Positions 25,739 to 39,275 of a stretch of DNA of 64,000 nt are shown piece by piece. Made by a program: the position numbers and the translations under genes. Where the stretch lies: positions 51,026,001-51,090,000 of the forward strand of contig OZ287749.1 in NCBI GenBank assembly GCA_965649765.1. The letters are read 5' to 3'. The DNA comes from Bispira polyomma (Eukaryota). Position 1 is the stretch's first letter. Every line of letters begins with the position of its first letter. The notes under the pieces are model-generated. The model was given only the letters and a program-made list of their open reading frames with translations, did no database searches and was not told the origin of the DNA.

Positions 25739-25830
25739 GCCTGGTTAGCTCAGTCGGTAGAGCATCAGACTTTTAAGACAATAACCTTGAAGTGATCTGA
25801 GAGTCAAGGGTTCGAATCCCTTATTGGGCG
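25739..25830 (+). tRNA. trnK-UUU: tRNA-Lys(UUU), intron, T4/A45/A59 variant
   Basis: Stems pair (three G:U in acceptor stem); boxes intact. Confidence 0.62.
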
Positions 25831-26397
25831 AAAGCTTTTACACTGATTGATGACAGCCCTACCTAACACAGAATCAGCTGCAAAGACATTGCAACTGTTG
25901 TTGTTGTGTCATAAATTCATGTTAAGATATCAGTCACTATTCTCCATTACAGCCATCTTTAAAGAGATACCAAAGTCTCTTGTTTTGTTGAAACTTTGCT
26001 GACTACAGTGGATCTTTTGCAATTCCAAATATCCAAATATATTTAGGTACAATCATCAAGTGTGAATATAACACCGTATTTTAGCAAATGCTTTGGTGGG
26101 TATCAAAACATTTGGGTTCGAGTCCCTTATTGGATGAAAGGTTTCACAATTATTGATGACAGCCCTACTTAACATATAATCAGCTGCAAAGACATTGGAA
26201 CTGTTTGAGCTGTGTCATCAATTCATGATAAGATATTAGTCACTTTTCTCCATTACAGCCATCTTTGAAGAGATACCAAAGTCTCTTTAGTTTTGTTGAA
26301 ACTTTCCTGACTACAGTGGATCTTTTTGCAATATTCACTATAATTTTTCGCAATTCCATATCACACAAAAGAATGCTCTAGATGTGTTGAGTTCAAA

Positions 26398-26489
26398 GCC
26401 TGGTTAGCTCAGTTGGTAGAGCATCAGACTTTTAAGACAATAACCTTGAAGTGATCTGAGGTTCAAGGGTTCGAGTCCCTTATTGGGCT
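26398..26489 (+). pseudogene. A''-class tRNA-Lys variant with G46T and discriminator G73T (others start at 28569, 30740, 33989, 36160, 37238, 45023)
   Basis: Boxes intact but gaggttc and gggct replace gagggtc and gggcg; function doubtful. Confidence 0.65.
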
Positions 26490-27475
26490 AAAGCTTTTAC
26501 ACTGATTGATGCCAGCCCTACCTAACACATAATCAGCTGCAAAGACATTGCAACTGTTGTTGTTGTGTCATAAATTCATGTTAAGATATCAGTCACTATT
26601 CTCCATTACAGCCATCTTTAAAGAGATACCAAAGTCTCTTGTTTTGTTGAAACTTTGCTGACTACAGTGGATCTTTTGCAATTCCAAATATCCAAATATA
26701 TTTAGGTACAATCATCAAGTGTGAATATAACACTGTATTTTAGGAAACATATCAGTGGGCATCAACACATACAAAAGTAGTTACTCCAGATGTCACATCT
26801 CAAATAATTCCCTAGAAGATTTCTCTTATAAGCCTGGTTAGCTCAGTTGGTAGACCATCAGACTTTTAAGACAATTGCCTTGAAGTGATCTGAAGGTCAA
26901 GGGTTTGAGTCCCCTTTTGGGTGAAAGCTTTTACAATTATTGATGTCAGCCCCACTTAACACACAATCAACAACAAAGACATTGGAACTGTTGTTGTGTC
27001 ATGAATTCATGTTGAGATATCAGTCAATTATTTCCATTCCAGCCATCTGTAAGGAGGATACAGTGGATCTTTTTGCAATATTGACTACAATTTTTTGCAA
27101 TTCCAAATATCCAAATATATTTAGGTACAATCATCAGGTGTGAATGTAACACCGTATTTTAGCAAATGCTTTGGTGGGTATCAAAACATTTGGGTTCGAG
27201 TCCCTTATTGGATGAAAGGTTTCACAATTATTGATGACAGCCCTACTTAACACATAATCAGCTGCAAAGACATTGGAACTGTTTAAGCTGTGTCATCAAT
27301 TCATGATAAGATATTAGTCACTTTTCTCCATTACAGCCATCTTTGAAGAGATACCAAAGTCTCTTTAGTTTTGTTGAAACTTTCCTGACTACAATGGATC
27401 TTTTTGCAATATTCACTATAATTTTTCGCAATTCCATATCACACAAAAAAATGCTCTAGAAGTTTTCTGTTCAAA

Positions 27476-27567
27476 GCCCGGTTAGCTCAGTCGGTAGAGC
27501 ATCAGACTTTTAAGACAATAACCTTGAAGTGATCTGAGGGTCAAGGGTTCGAGTCCCTTATTGGGCG
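27476..27567 (+). tRNA. trnK-UUU: tRNA-Lys(UUU), 19-nt intron
   Basis: Identical to consensus. Confidence 0.9.
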
Positions 27568-27909
27568 AAAGCTTTTACACTGATTGATGACAGCCCTACC
27601 TAACACAGAATCAGCTGCAAAGACATTGCAACTGTTGTTGTTGTGTCATAAATTCATGTTAAGATATCAGTCACTATTCTCCATTACAGCCATCTTTAAA
27701 GAGATACCAAAGTCTCTTGTTTTGTTGAAACTTTGCTGACTACAGTGGATCTTTTGCAATTCCAAATATCCAAATATATTTAGGTACAATCATCAAGTGT
27801 GAATATAACACTGTATTTTAGCAAACACATCAGTGGGCATCAACACAGACAAAAGTAGTTACTCCAGATGTTACATCTCAAATAATGCCCTAGATGATTT
27901 CTGTTCCAA

Positions 27910-28001
27910 GCCTGGTTAGCTCAGTCGGTAGAGCATCAGACTTTTAAGACAATAACCTTGAAGTGATCTGAGGGTCAAGGGTTCGAATCCCTTATTGGGC
28001 G
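27910..28001 (+). tRNA. trnK-UUU: tRNA-Lys(UUU), intron, T4/A59 variant
   Basis: Stems pair; B box GGTTCGAATCC. Confidence 0.72.
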
Positions 28002-29646
28002 AAAGCTTTTACACTGATTGATGACAGCCCTACCTAACACAGAATCAGCTGCAAAGACATTGCAACTGTTGTTGTTGTGTCATAAATTCATGTTAAGATA
28101 TCAGTCACTATTCTCCATTACAGCCATCTTTAAAGAGATACCAAAGTCTCTTGTTTTGTTGAAACTTTGCTGACTACAGTGGATCTTTTGCAATTCCAAA
28201 TATCCAAATATATTTAGGTACAATCATCAAGTGTGAATATAACACCGTATTTTAGCAAATGCTTTGGTGGGTATCAAAACATTTGGGTTCGAGTCCCTTA
28301 TTGGATGAAAGGTTTCACAATTATTGATGACAGCCCTACTTAACATATAATCAGCTGCAAAGACATTGGAACTGTTTGAGCTGTGTCATCAATTCATGAT
28401 AAGATATTAGTCACTTTTCTCCATTACAGCCATCTTTGAAGAGATACCAAAGTCTCTTTAGTTTTGTTGAAACTTTCCTGACTACAGTGGATCTTTTTGC
28501 AATATTCACTATAGTTTTTCGCAATTCCATATCACACAAAAGAATGCTCTAGATGTTTTGAGTTCAAAGCCTGGTTAGCTCAGTTGGTAGAGCATCAGAC
28601 TTTTAAGACAATAACCTTGAAGTGATCTGAGGTTCAAGGGTTCGAGTCCCTTATTGGGCTAAAGCTTTTACACTGATTGATGCCAGCCCTACCTAACACA
28701 TAATCAGCTGCAAAGACATTGCAACTGTTGTTGTTGTGTCATAAATTCATGTTAAGATATCAGTCACTATTCTCCATTACAGCCATCTTTAAAGAGATAC
28801 CAAAGTCTCTTGTTTTGTTGAAACTTTGCTGACTACAGTGGATCTTTTGCAATTCCAAATATCCAAATATATTTAGGTACAATCATCAAGTGTGAATATA
28901 ACACTGTATTTTAGGAAACATATCAGTGGGCATCAACACATACAAAAGTAGTTACTCCAGATGTCACATCTCAAATAATTCCCTAGAAGATTTCTCTTAT
29001 AAGCCTGGTTAGCTCAGTTGGTAGACCATCAGACTTTTAAGACAATTGCCTTGAAGTGATCTGAAGGTCAAGGGTTTGAGTCCCCTTTTGGGTGAAAGCT
29101 TTTACAATTATTGATGTCAGCCCCACTTAACACACAATCAACAACAAAGACATTGGAACTGTTGTTGTGTCATGAATTCATGTTGAGATATCAGTCAATT
29201 ATTTCCATTCCAGCCATCTGTAAGGAGGATACAGTGGATCTTTTTGCAATATTGACTACAATTTTTTGCAATTCCAAATATCCAAATATATTTAGGTACA
29301 ATCATCAGGTGTGAATGTAACACCGTATTTTAGCAAATGCTTTGGTGGGTATCAAAACATTTGGGTTCGAGTCCCTTATTGGATGAAAGGTTTCACAATT
29401 ATTGATGACAGCCCTACTTAACACATAATCAGCTGCAAAGACATTGGAACTGTTTAAGCTGTGTCATCAATTCATGATAAGATATTAGTCACTTTTCTCC
29501 ATTACAGCCATCTTTGAAGAGATACCAAAGTCTCTTTAGTTTTGTTGAAACTTTCCTGACTACAATGGATCTTTTTGCAATATTCACTATAATTTTTCGC
29601 AATTCCATATCACACAAAAAAATGCTCTAGAAGTTTTGTGTTCAAA

Positions 29647-29738
29647 GCCCGGTTAGCTCAGTCGGTAGAGCATCAGACTTTTAAGACAATAACCTTGAAG
29701 TGATCTGAGGGTCAAGGGTTCGAGTCCCTTATTGGGCG
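29647..29738 (+). tRNA. trnK-UUU: tRNA-Lys(UUU), 19-nt intron
   Basis: Identical to consensus. Confidence 0.9.
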
Positions 29739-30080
29739 AAAGCTTTTACACTGATTGATGACAGCCCTACCTAACACAGAATCAGCTGCAAAGACATTGC
29801 AACTGTTGTTGTTGTGTCATAAATTCATGTTAAGATATCAGTCACTATTCTCCATTACAGCCATCTTTAAAGAGATACCAAAGTCTCTTGTTTTGTTGAA
29901 ACTTTGCTGACTACAGTGGATCTTTTGCAATTCCAAATATCCAAATATATTTAGGTACAATCATCAAGTGTGAATATAACACTGTATTTTAGCAAACACA
30001 TCAGTGGGCATCAACACAGACAAAAGTAGTTACTCCAGATGTTACATCTCAAATAATGCCCTAGATGATTTCTGTTCCAA

Positions 30081-30172
30081 GCCTGGTTAGCTCAGTCGGT
30101 AGAGCATCAGACTTTTAAGACAATAACCTTGAAGTGATCTGAGGGTCAAGGGTTCGAATCCCTTATTGGGCG
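30081..30172 (+). tRNA. trnK-UUU: tRNA-Lys(UUU), intron, T4/A59 variant
   Basis: Stems pair; boxes intact. Confidence 0.72.
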
Positions 30173-31817
30173 AAAGCTTTTACACTGATTGATGACAGCC
30201 CTACCTAACACAGAATCAGCTGCAAAGACATTGCAACTGTTGTTGTTGTGTCATAAATTCATGTTAAGATATCAGTCACTATTCTCCATTACAGCCATCT
30301 TTAAAGAGATACCAAAGTCTCTTGTTTTGTTGAAACTTTGCTGACTACAGTGGATCTTTTGCAATTCCAAATATCCAAATATATTTAGGTACAATCATCA
30401 AGTGTGAATATAACACCGTATTTTAGCAAATGCTTTGGTGGGTATCAAAACATTTGGGTTCGAGTCCCTTATTGGATGAAAGGTTTCACAATTATTGATG
30501 ACAGCCCTACTTAACATATAATCAGCTGCAAAGACATTGGAACTGTTTGAGCTGTGTCATCAATTCATGATAAGATATTAGTCACTTTTCTCCATTACAG
30601 CCATCTTTGAAGAGATACCAAAGTCTCTTTAGTTTTGTTGAAACTTTCCTGACTACAGTGGATCTTTTTGCAATATTCACTATAATTTTTCGCAATTCCA
30701 TATCACACAAAAGAATGCTCTAGATGTTTTGAGTTCAAAGCCTGGTTAGCTCAGTTGGTAGAGCATCAGACTTTTAAGACAATAACCTTGAAGTGATCTG
30801 AGGTTCAAGGGTTCGAGTCCCTTATTGGGCTAAAGCTTTTACACTGATTGATGCCAGCCCTACCTAACACATAATCAGCTGCAAAGACATTGCAACTGTT
30901 GTTGTTGTGTCATAAATTCATGTTAAGATATCAGTCACTATTCTCCATTACAGCCATCTTTAAAGAGATACCAAAGCCTCTTGTTTTGTTGAAACTTTGC
31001 TGACTACAGTGGATCTTTTGCAATTCCAAATATCCAAATATATTTAGGTACAATCATCAAGTGTGAATATAACACTGTATTTTAGGAAACATATCAGTGG
31101 GCATCAACACATACAAAAGTAGTTACTCCAGATGTCACATCTCAAATAATTCCCTAGAAGATTTCTCTTATAAGCCTGGTTAGCTCAGTTGGTAGACCAT
31201 CAGACTTTTAAGACAATTGCCTTGAAGTGATCTGAAGGTCAAGGGTTTGAGTCCCCTTTTGGGTGAAAGCTTTTACAATTATTGATGTCAGCCCCACTTA
31301 ACACACAATCAACAACAAAGACATTGGAACTGTTGTTGTGTCATGAATTCATGTTGAGATATCAGTCAATTATTTCCATTCCAGCCATCTGTAAGGAGGA
31401 TACAGTGGATCTTTTTGCAATATTGACTACAATTTTTTGCAATTCCAAATATCCAAATATATTTAGGTACAATCATCAGGTGTGAATGTAACACCGTATT
31501 TTAGCAAATGCTTTGGTGGGTATCAAAACATTTGGGTTCGAGTCCCTTATTGGATGAAAGGTTTCACAATTATTGATGACAGCCCTACTTAACACATAAT
31601 CAGCTGCAAAGACATTGGAACTGTTTAAGCTGTGTCATCAATTCATGATAAGATATTAGTCACTTTTCTCCATTACAGCCATCTTTGAAGAGATACCAAA
31701 GTCTCTTTAGTTTTGTTGAAACTTTCCTGACTACAATGGATCTTTTTGCAATATTCACTATAATTTTTCGCAATTCCATATCACACAAAAAAATGCTCTA
31801 GAAGTTTTGTGTTCAAA

Positions 31818-31909
31818 GCCCGGTTAGCTCAGTCGGTAGAGCATCAGACTTTTAAGACAATAACCTTGAAGTGATCTGAGGGTCAAGGGTTCGAGTCCCT
31901 TATTGGGCG
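31818..31909 (+). tRNA. trnK-UUU: tRNA-Lys(UUU), 19-nt intron
   Basis: Identical to consensus. Confidence 0.9.
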
Positions 31910-32895
31910 AAAGCTTTTACACTGATTGATGACAGCCCTACCTAACACAGAATCAGCTGCAAAGACATTGCAACTGTTGTTGTTGTGTCATAAATTCATG
32001 TTAAGATATCAGTCACTATTCTCCATTACAGCCATCTTTAAAGAGATACCAAAGTCTCTTGTTTTGTTGAAACTTTGCTGACTACAGTGGATCTTTTGCA
32101 ATTCCAAATATCCAAATATATTTAGGTACAATCATCAAGTGTGAATATAACACTGTATTTTAGGAAACATATCAGTGGGCATCAACACATACAAAAGTAG
32201 TTACTCCAGATGTCACATCTCAAATAATTCCCTAGAAGATTTCTCTTATAAGCCTGGTTAGCTCAGTTGGTAGACCATCAGACTTTTAAGACAATTGCCT
32301 TGAAGTGATCTGAAGGTCAAGGGTTTGAGTCCCCTTTTGGGTGAAAGCTTTTACAATTATTGATGTCAGCCCCACTTAACACACAATCAACAACAAAGAC
32401 ATTGGAACTGTTGTTGTGTCATGAATTCATGTTGAGATATCAGTCAATTATTTCCATTCCAGCCATCTGTAAGGAGGATACAGTGGATCTTTTTGCAATA
32501 TTGACTACAATTTTTTGCAATTCCAAATATCCAAATATATTTAGGTACAATCATCAGGTGTGAATGTAACACCGTATTTTAGCAAATGCTTTGGTGGGTA
32601 TCAAAACATTTGGGTTCGAGTCCCTTATTGGATGAAAGGTTTCACAATTATTGATGACAGCCCTACTTAACACATAATCAGCTGCAAAGACATTGGAACT
32701 GTTTAAGCTGTGTCATCAATTCATGATAAGATATTAGTCACTTTTCTCCATTACAGCCATCTTTGAAGAGATACCAAAGTCTCTTTAGTTTTGTTGAAAC
32801 TTTCCTGACTACAATGGATCTTTTTGCAATATTCACTATAATTTTTCGCAATTCCATATCACACAAAAAAATGCTCTAGAAGTTTTGTGTTCAAA

Positions 32896-32987
32896 GCCCG
32901 GTTAGCTCAGTCGGTAGAGCATCAGACTTTTAAGACAATAACCTTGAAGTGATCTGAGGGTCAAGGGTTCGAGTCCCTTATTGGGCG
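32896..32987 (+). tRNA. trnK-UUU: tRNA-Lys(UUU), 19-nt intron
   Basis: Identical to consensus. Confidence 0.9.
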
Positions 32988-33329
32988 AAAGCTTTTACAC
33001 TGATTGATGACAGCCCTACCTAACACAGAATCAGCTGCAAAGACATTGCAACTGTTGTTGTTGTGTCATAAATTCATGTTAAGATATCAGTCACTATTCT
33101 CCATTACAGCCATCTTTAAAGAGATACCAAAGTCTCTTGTTTTGTTGAAACTTTGCTGACTACAGTGGATCTTTTGCAATTCCAAATATCCAAATATATT
33201 TAGGTACAATCATCAAGTGTGAATATAACACTGTATTTTAGCAAACACATCAGTGGGCATCAACACAGACAAAAGTAGTTACTCCAGATGTTACATCTCA
33301 AATAATGCCCTAGATGATTTCTGTTCCAA

Positions 33330-33421
33330 GCCTGGTTAGCTCAGTCGGTAGAGCATCAGACTTTTAAGACAATAACCTTGAAGTGATCTGAGGGTCAAGG
33401 GTTCGAATCCCTTATTGGGCG
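33330..33421 (+). tRNA. trnK-UUU: tRNA-Lys(UUU), intron, T4/A59 variant
   Basis: Stems pair; boxes intact. Confidence 0.72.
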
Positions 33422-35066
33422 AAAGCTTTTACACTGATTGATGACAGCCCTACCTAACACAGAATCAGCTGCAAAGACATTGCAACTGTTGTTGTTGTGT
33501 CATAAATTCATGTTAAGATATCAGTCACTATTCTCCATTACAGCCATCTTTAAAGAGATACCAAAGTCTCTTGTTTTGTTGAAACTTTGCTGACTACAGT
33601 GGATCTTTTGCAATTCCAAATATCCAAATATATTTAGGTACAATCATCAAGTGTGAATATAACACCGTATTTTAGCAAATGCTTTGGTGGGTATCAAAAC
33701 ATTTGGGTTCGAGTCCCTTATTGGATGAAAGGTTTCACAATTATTGATGACAGCCCTACTTAACATATAATCAGCTGCAAAGACATTGGAACTGTTTGAG
33801 CTGTGTCATCAATTCATGATAAGATATTAGTCACTTTTCTCCATTACAGCCATCTTTGAAGAGATACCAAAGTCTCTTTAGTTTTGTTGAAACTTTCCTG
33901 ACTACAGTGGATCTTTTTGCAATATTCACTATAATTTTTCGCAATTCCATATCACACAAAAGAATGCTCTAGATGTTTTGAGTTCAAAGCCTGGTTAGCT
34001 CAGTTGGTAGAGCATCAGACTTTTAAGACAATAACCTTGAAGTGATCTGAGGTTCAAGGGTTCGAGTCCCTTATTGGGCTAAAGCTTTTACACTGATTGA
34101 TGCCAGCCCTACCTAACACATAATCAGCTGCAAAGACATTGCAACTGTTGTTGTTGTGTCATAAATTCATGTTAAGATATCAGTCACTATTCTCCATTAC
34201 AGCCATCTTTAAAGAGATACCAAAGCCTCTTGTTTTGTTGAAACTTTGCTGACTACAGTGGATCTTTTGCAATTCCAAATATCCAAATATATTTAGGTAC
34301 AATCATCAAGTGTGAATATAACACTGTATTTTAGGAAACATATCAGTGGGCATCAACACATACAAAAGTAGTTACTCCAGATGTCACATCTCAAATAATT
34401 CCCTAGAAGATTTCTCTTATAAGCCTGGTTAGCTCAGTTGGTAGACCATCAGACTTTTAAGACAATTGCCTTGAAGTGATCTGAAGGTCAAGGGTTTGAG
34501 TCCCCTTTTGGGTGAAAGCTTTTACAATTATTGATGTCAGCCCCACTTAACACACAATCAACAACAAAGACATTGGAACTGTTGTTGTGTCATGAATTCA
34601 TGTTGAGATATCAGTCAATTATTTCCATTCCAGCCATCTGTAAGGAGGATACAGTGGATCTTTTTGCAATATTGACTACAATTTTTTGCAATTCCAAATA
34701 TCCAAATATATTTAGGTACAATCATCAGGTGTGAATGTAACACCGTATTTTAGCAAATGCTTTGGTGGGTATCAAAACATTTGGGTTCGAGTCCCTTATT
34801 GGATGAAAGGTTTCACAATTATTGATGACAGCCCTACTTAACACATAATCAGCTGCAAAGACATTGGAACTGTTTAAGCTGTGTCATCAATTCATGATAA
34901 GATATTAGTCACTTTTCTCCATTACAGCCATCTTTGAAGAGATACCAAAGTCTCTTTAGTTTTGTTGAAACTTTCCTGACTACAATGGATCTTTTTGCAA
35001 TATTCACTATAATTTTTCGCAATTCCATATCACACAAAAAAATGCTCTAGAAGTTTTGTGTTCAAA

Positions 35067-35158
35067 GCCCGGTTAGCTCAGTCGGTAGAGCATCAGACTT
35101 TTAAGACAATAACCTTGAAGTGATCTGAGGGTCAAGGGTTCGAGTCCCTTATTGGGCG
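35067..35158 (+). tRNA. trnK-UUU: tRNA-Lys(UUU), 19-nt intron
   Basis: Identical to consensus. Confidence 0.9.
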
Positions 35159-35500
35159 AAAGCTTTTACACTGATTGATGACAGCCCTACCTAACACAGA
35201 ATCAGCTGCAAAGACATTGCAACTGTTGTTGTTGTGTCATAAATTCATGTTAAGATATCAGTCACTATTCTCCATTACAGCCATCTTTAAAGAGATACCA
35301 AAGTCTCTTGTTTTGTTGAAACTTTGCTGACTACAGTGGATCTTTTGCAATTCCAAATATCCAAATATATTTAGGTACAATCATCAAGTGTGAATATAAC
35401 ACTGTATTTTAGCAAACACATCAGTGGGCATCAACACAGACAAAAGTAGTTACTCCAGATGTTACATCTCAAATAATGCCCTAGATGATTTCTGTTCCAA

Positions 35501-35592
35501 GCCTGGTTAGCTCAGTCGGTAGAGCATCAGACTTTTAAGACAATAACCTTGAAGTGATCTGAGGGTCAAGGGTTCGAATCCCTTATTGGGCG
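35501..35592 (+). tRNA. trnK-UUU: tRNA-Lys(UUU), intron, T4/A59 variant
   Basis: Stems pair; boxes intact. Confidence 0.72.
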
Positions 35593-38315
35593 AAAGCTTT
35601 TACACTGATTGATGACAGCCCTACCTAACACAGAATCAGCTGCAAAGACATTGCAACTGTTGTTGTTGTGTCATAAATTCATGTTAAGATATCAGTCACT
35701 ATTCTCCATTACAGCCATCTTTAAAGAGATACCAAAGTCTCTTGTTTTGTTGAAACTTTGCTGACTACAGTGGATCTTTTGCAATTCCAAATATCCAAAT
35801 ATATTTAGGTACAATCATCAAGTGTGAATATAACACCGTATTTTAGCAAATGCTTTGGTGGGTATCAAAACATTTGGGTTCGAGTCCCTTATTGGATGAA
35901 AGGTTTCACAATTATTGATGACAGCCCTACTTAACATATAATCAGCTGCAAAGACATTGGAACTGTTTGAGCTGTGTCATCAATTCATGATAAGATATTA
36001 GTCACTTTTCTCCATTACAGCCATCTTTGAAGAGATACCAAAGTCTCTTTAGTTTTGTTGAAACTTTCCTGACTACAGTGGATCTTTTTGCAATATTCAC
36101 TATAATTTTTCGCAATTCCATATCACACAAAAGAATGCTCTAGATGTTTTGAGTTCAAAGCCTGGTTAGCTCAGTTGGTAGAGCATCAGACTTTTAAGAC
36201 AATAACCTTGAAGTGATCTGAGGTTCAAGGGTTCGAGTCCCTTATTGGGCTAAAGCTTTTACACTGATTGATGCCAGCCCTACCTAACACATAATCAGCT
36301 GCAAAGACATTGCAACTGTTGTTGTTGTGTCATAAATTCATGTTAAGATATCAGTCACTATTCTCCATTACAGCCATCTTTAAAGAGATACCAAAGTCTC
36401 TTGTTTTGTTGAAACTTTGCTGACTACAGTGGATCTTTTGCAATTCCAAATATCCAAATATATTTAGGTACAATCATCAAGTGTGAATATAACACTGTAT
36501 TTTAGGAAACATATCAGTGGGCATCAACACATACAAAAGTAGTTACTCCAGATGTCACATCTCAAATAATTCCCTAGAAGATTTCTCTTATAAGCCTGGT
36601 TAGCTCAGTTGGTAGACCATCAGACTTTTAAGACAATTGCCTTGAAGTGATCTGAAGGTCAAGGGTTTGAGTCCCCTTTTGGGTGAAAGCTTTTACAATT
36701 ATTGATGTCAGCCCCACTTAACACACAATCAACAACAAAGACATTGGAACTGTTGTTGTGTCATGAATTCATGTTGAGATATCAGTCAATTATTTCCATT
36801 CCAGCCATCTGTAAGGAGGATACAGTGGATCTTTTTGCAATATTGACTACAATTTTTTGCAATTCCAAATATCCAAATATATTTAGGTACAATCATCAGG
36901 TGTGAATGTAACACCGTATTTTAGCAAATGCTTTGGTGGGTATCAAAACATTTGGGTTCGAGTCCCTTATTGGATGAAAGGTTTCACAATTATTGATGAC
37001 AGCCCTACTTAACACATAATCAGCTGCAAAGACATTGGAACTGTTTAAGCTGTGTCATCAATTCATGATAAGATATTAGTCACTTTTCTCCATTACAGCC
37101 ATCTTTGAAGAGATACCAAAGTCTCTTTAGTTTTGTTGAAACTTTCCTGACTACAATGGATCTTTTTGCAATATTCACTATAATTTTTCGCAATTCCATA
37201 TCACACAAAAAAATGCTCTAGAAGTTTTCTGTTCAAAGCCCGGTTAGCTCAGTTGGTAGAGCATCAGACTTTTAAGACAATAACCTTGAAGTGATCTGAG
37301 GTTCAAGGGTTCGAGTCCCTTATTGGGCTAAAGCTTTTACACTGATTGATGCCAGCCCTACCTAACACATAATCAGCTGCAAAGACATTGCAACTGTTGT
37401 TGTTGTGTCATAAATTCATGTTAAGATATCAGTCACTATTCTCCATTACAGCCATCTTTAAAGAGATACCAAAGTCTCTTGTTTTGTTGAAACTTTGCTG
37501 ACTACAGTGGATCTTTTGCAATTCCAAATATCCAAATATATTTAGGTACAATCATCAAGTGTGAATATAACACTGTATTTTAGGAAACATATCAGTGGGC
37601 ATCAACACATACAAAAGTAGTTACTCCAGATGTCACATCTCAAATAATTCCCTAGAAGATTTCTCTTATAAGCCTGGTTAGCTCAGTTGGTAGACCATCA
37701 GACTTTTAAGACAATTGCCTTGAAGTGATCTGAAGGTCAAGGGTTTGAGTCCCCTTTTGGGTGAAAGCTTTTACAATTATTGATGTCAGCCCCACTTAAC
37801 ACACAATCAACAACAAAGACATTGGAACTGTTGTTGTGTCATGAATTCATGTTGAGATATCAGTCAATTATTTCCATTCCAGCCATCTGTAAGGAGGATA
37901 CAGTGGATCTTTTTGCAATATTGACTACAATTTTTTGCAATTCCAAATATCCAAATATATTTAGGTACAATCATCAGGTGTGAATGTAACACCGTATTTT
38001 AGCAAATGCTTTGGTGGGTATCAAAACATTTGGGTTCGAGTCCCTTATTGGATGAAAGGTTTCACAATTATTGATGACAGCCCTACTTAACACATAATCA
38101 GCTGCAAAGACATTGGAACTGTTTAAGCTGTGTCATCAATTCATGATAAGATATTAGTCACTTTTCTCCATTACAGCCATCTTTGAAGAGATACCAAAGT
38201 CTCTTTAGTTTTGTTGAAACTTTCCTGACTACAATGGATCTTTTTGCAATATTCACTATAATTTTTCGCAATTCCATATCACACAAAAAAATGCTCTAGA
38301 AGTTTTCTGTTCAAA

Positions 38316-38407
38316 GCCCGGTTAGCTCAGTCGGTAGAGCATCAGACTTTTAAGACAATAACCTTGAAGTGATCTGAGGGTCAAGGGTTCGAGTCCCTTA
38401 TTGGGCG
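38316..38407 (+). tRNA. trnK-UUU: tRNA-Lys(UUU), 19-nt intron
   Basis: Identical to consensus. Confidence 0.9.
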
Positions 38408-38749
38408 AAAGCTTTTACACTGATTGATGACAGCCCTACCTAACACAGAATCAGCTGCAAAGACATTGCAACTGTTGTTGTTGTGTCATAAATTCATGTT
38501 AAGATATCAGTCACTATTCTCCATTACAGCCATCTTTAAAGAGATACCAAAGTCTCTTGTTTTGTTGAAACTTTGCTGACTACAGTGGATCTTTTGCAAT
38601 TCCAAATATCCAAATATATTTAGGTACAATCATCAAGTGTGAATATAACACTGTATTTTAGCAAACACATCAGTGGGCATCAACACAGACAAAAGTAGTT
38701 ACTCCAGATGTTACATCTCAAATAATGCCCTAGATGATTTCTGTTCCAA

Positions 38750-38841
38750 GCCTGGTTAGCTCAGTCGGTAGAGCATCAGACTTTTAAGACAATAACCTTG
38801 AAGTGATCTGAGGGTCAAGGGTTCGAATCCCTTATTGGGCG
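38750..38841 (+). tRNA. trnK-UUU: tRNA-Lys(UUU), intron, T4/A59 variant
   Basis: Stems pair; boxes intact. Confidence 0.72.
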
Positions 38842-39183
38842 AAAGCTTTTACACTGATTGATGACAGCCCTACCTAGCACAGAATCAGCTGCAAAGACAT
38901 TGCAACTGTTGTTGTTGTGTCATAAATTCATGTTAAGATATCAGTCACTATTCTCCATTACAGCCATCTTTAAAGAGATACCAAAGTCTCTTGTTTTGTT
39001 GAAACTTTGCTGACTACAGTGGATCTTTTGCAATTCCAAATATCCAAATATATTTAGGTACAATCATCAAGTGTGAATACAACAGTGTATTTTAGCAAAC
39101 ACATCAGTGGGCATCAACACATACAAAAGTAGTTACTCCAGATGTTACATCTCAAATAATGCCCTAGATGATTACTCTTCTAA

Positions 39184-39275
39184 GCCCGGTTAGCTCAGTC
39201 GGTAGAGCATCAGACTTTTAAGACGATTGCTTTGAAGTGATCTGAAGGTCAAAGTTTCGAGTTCCCTTTTGGGTG
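39184..39275 (+). pseudogene. B3-class tRNA-Lys pseudogene (others start at 41774, 42852, 48481, 50427)
   Basis: Intron agacgattgctttgaagtg; T arm disrupted (aaagtttcgagttccc). Confidence 0.85.
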
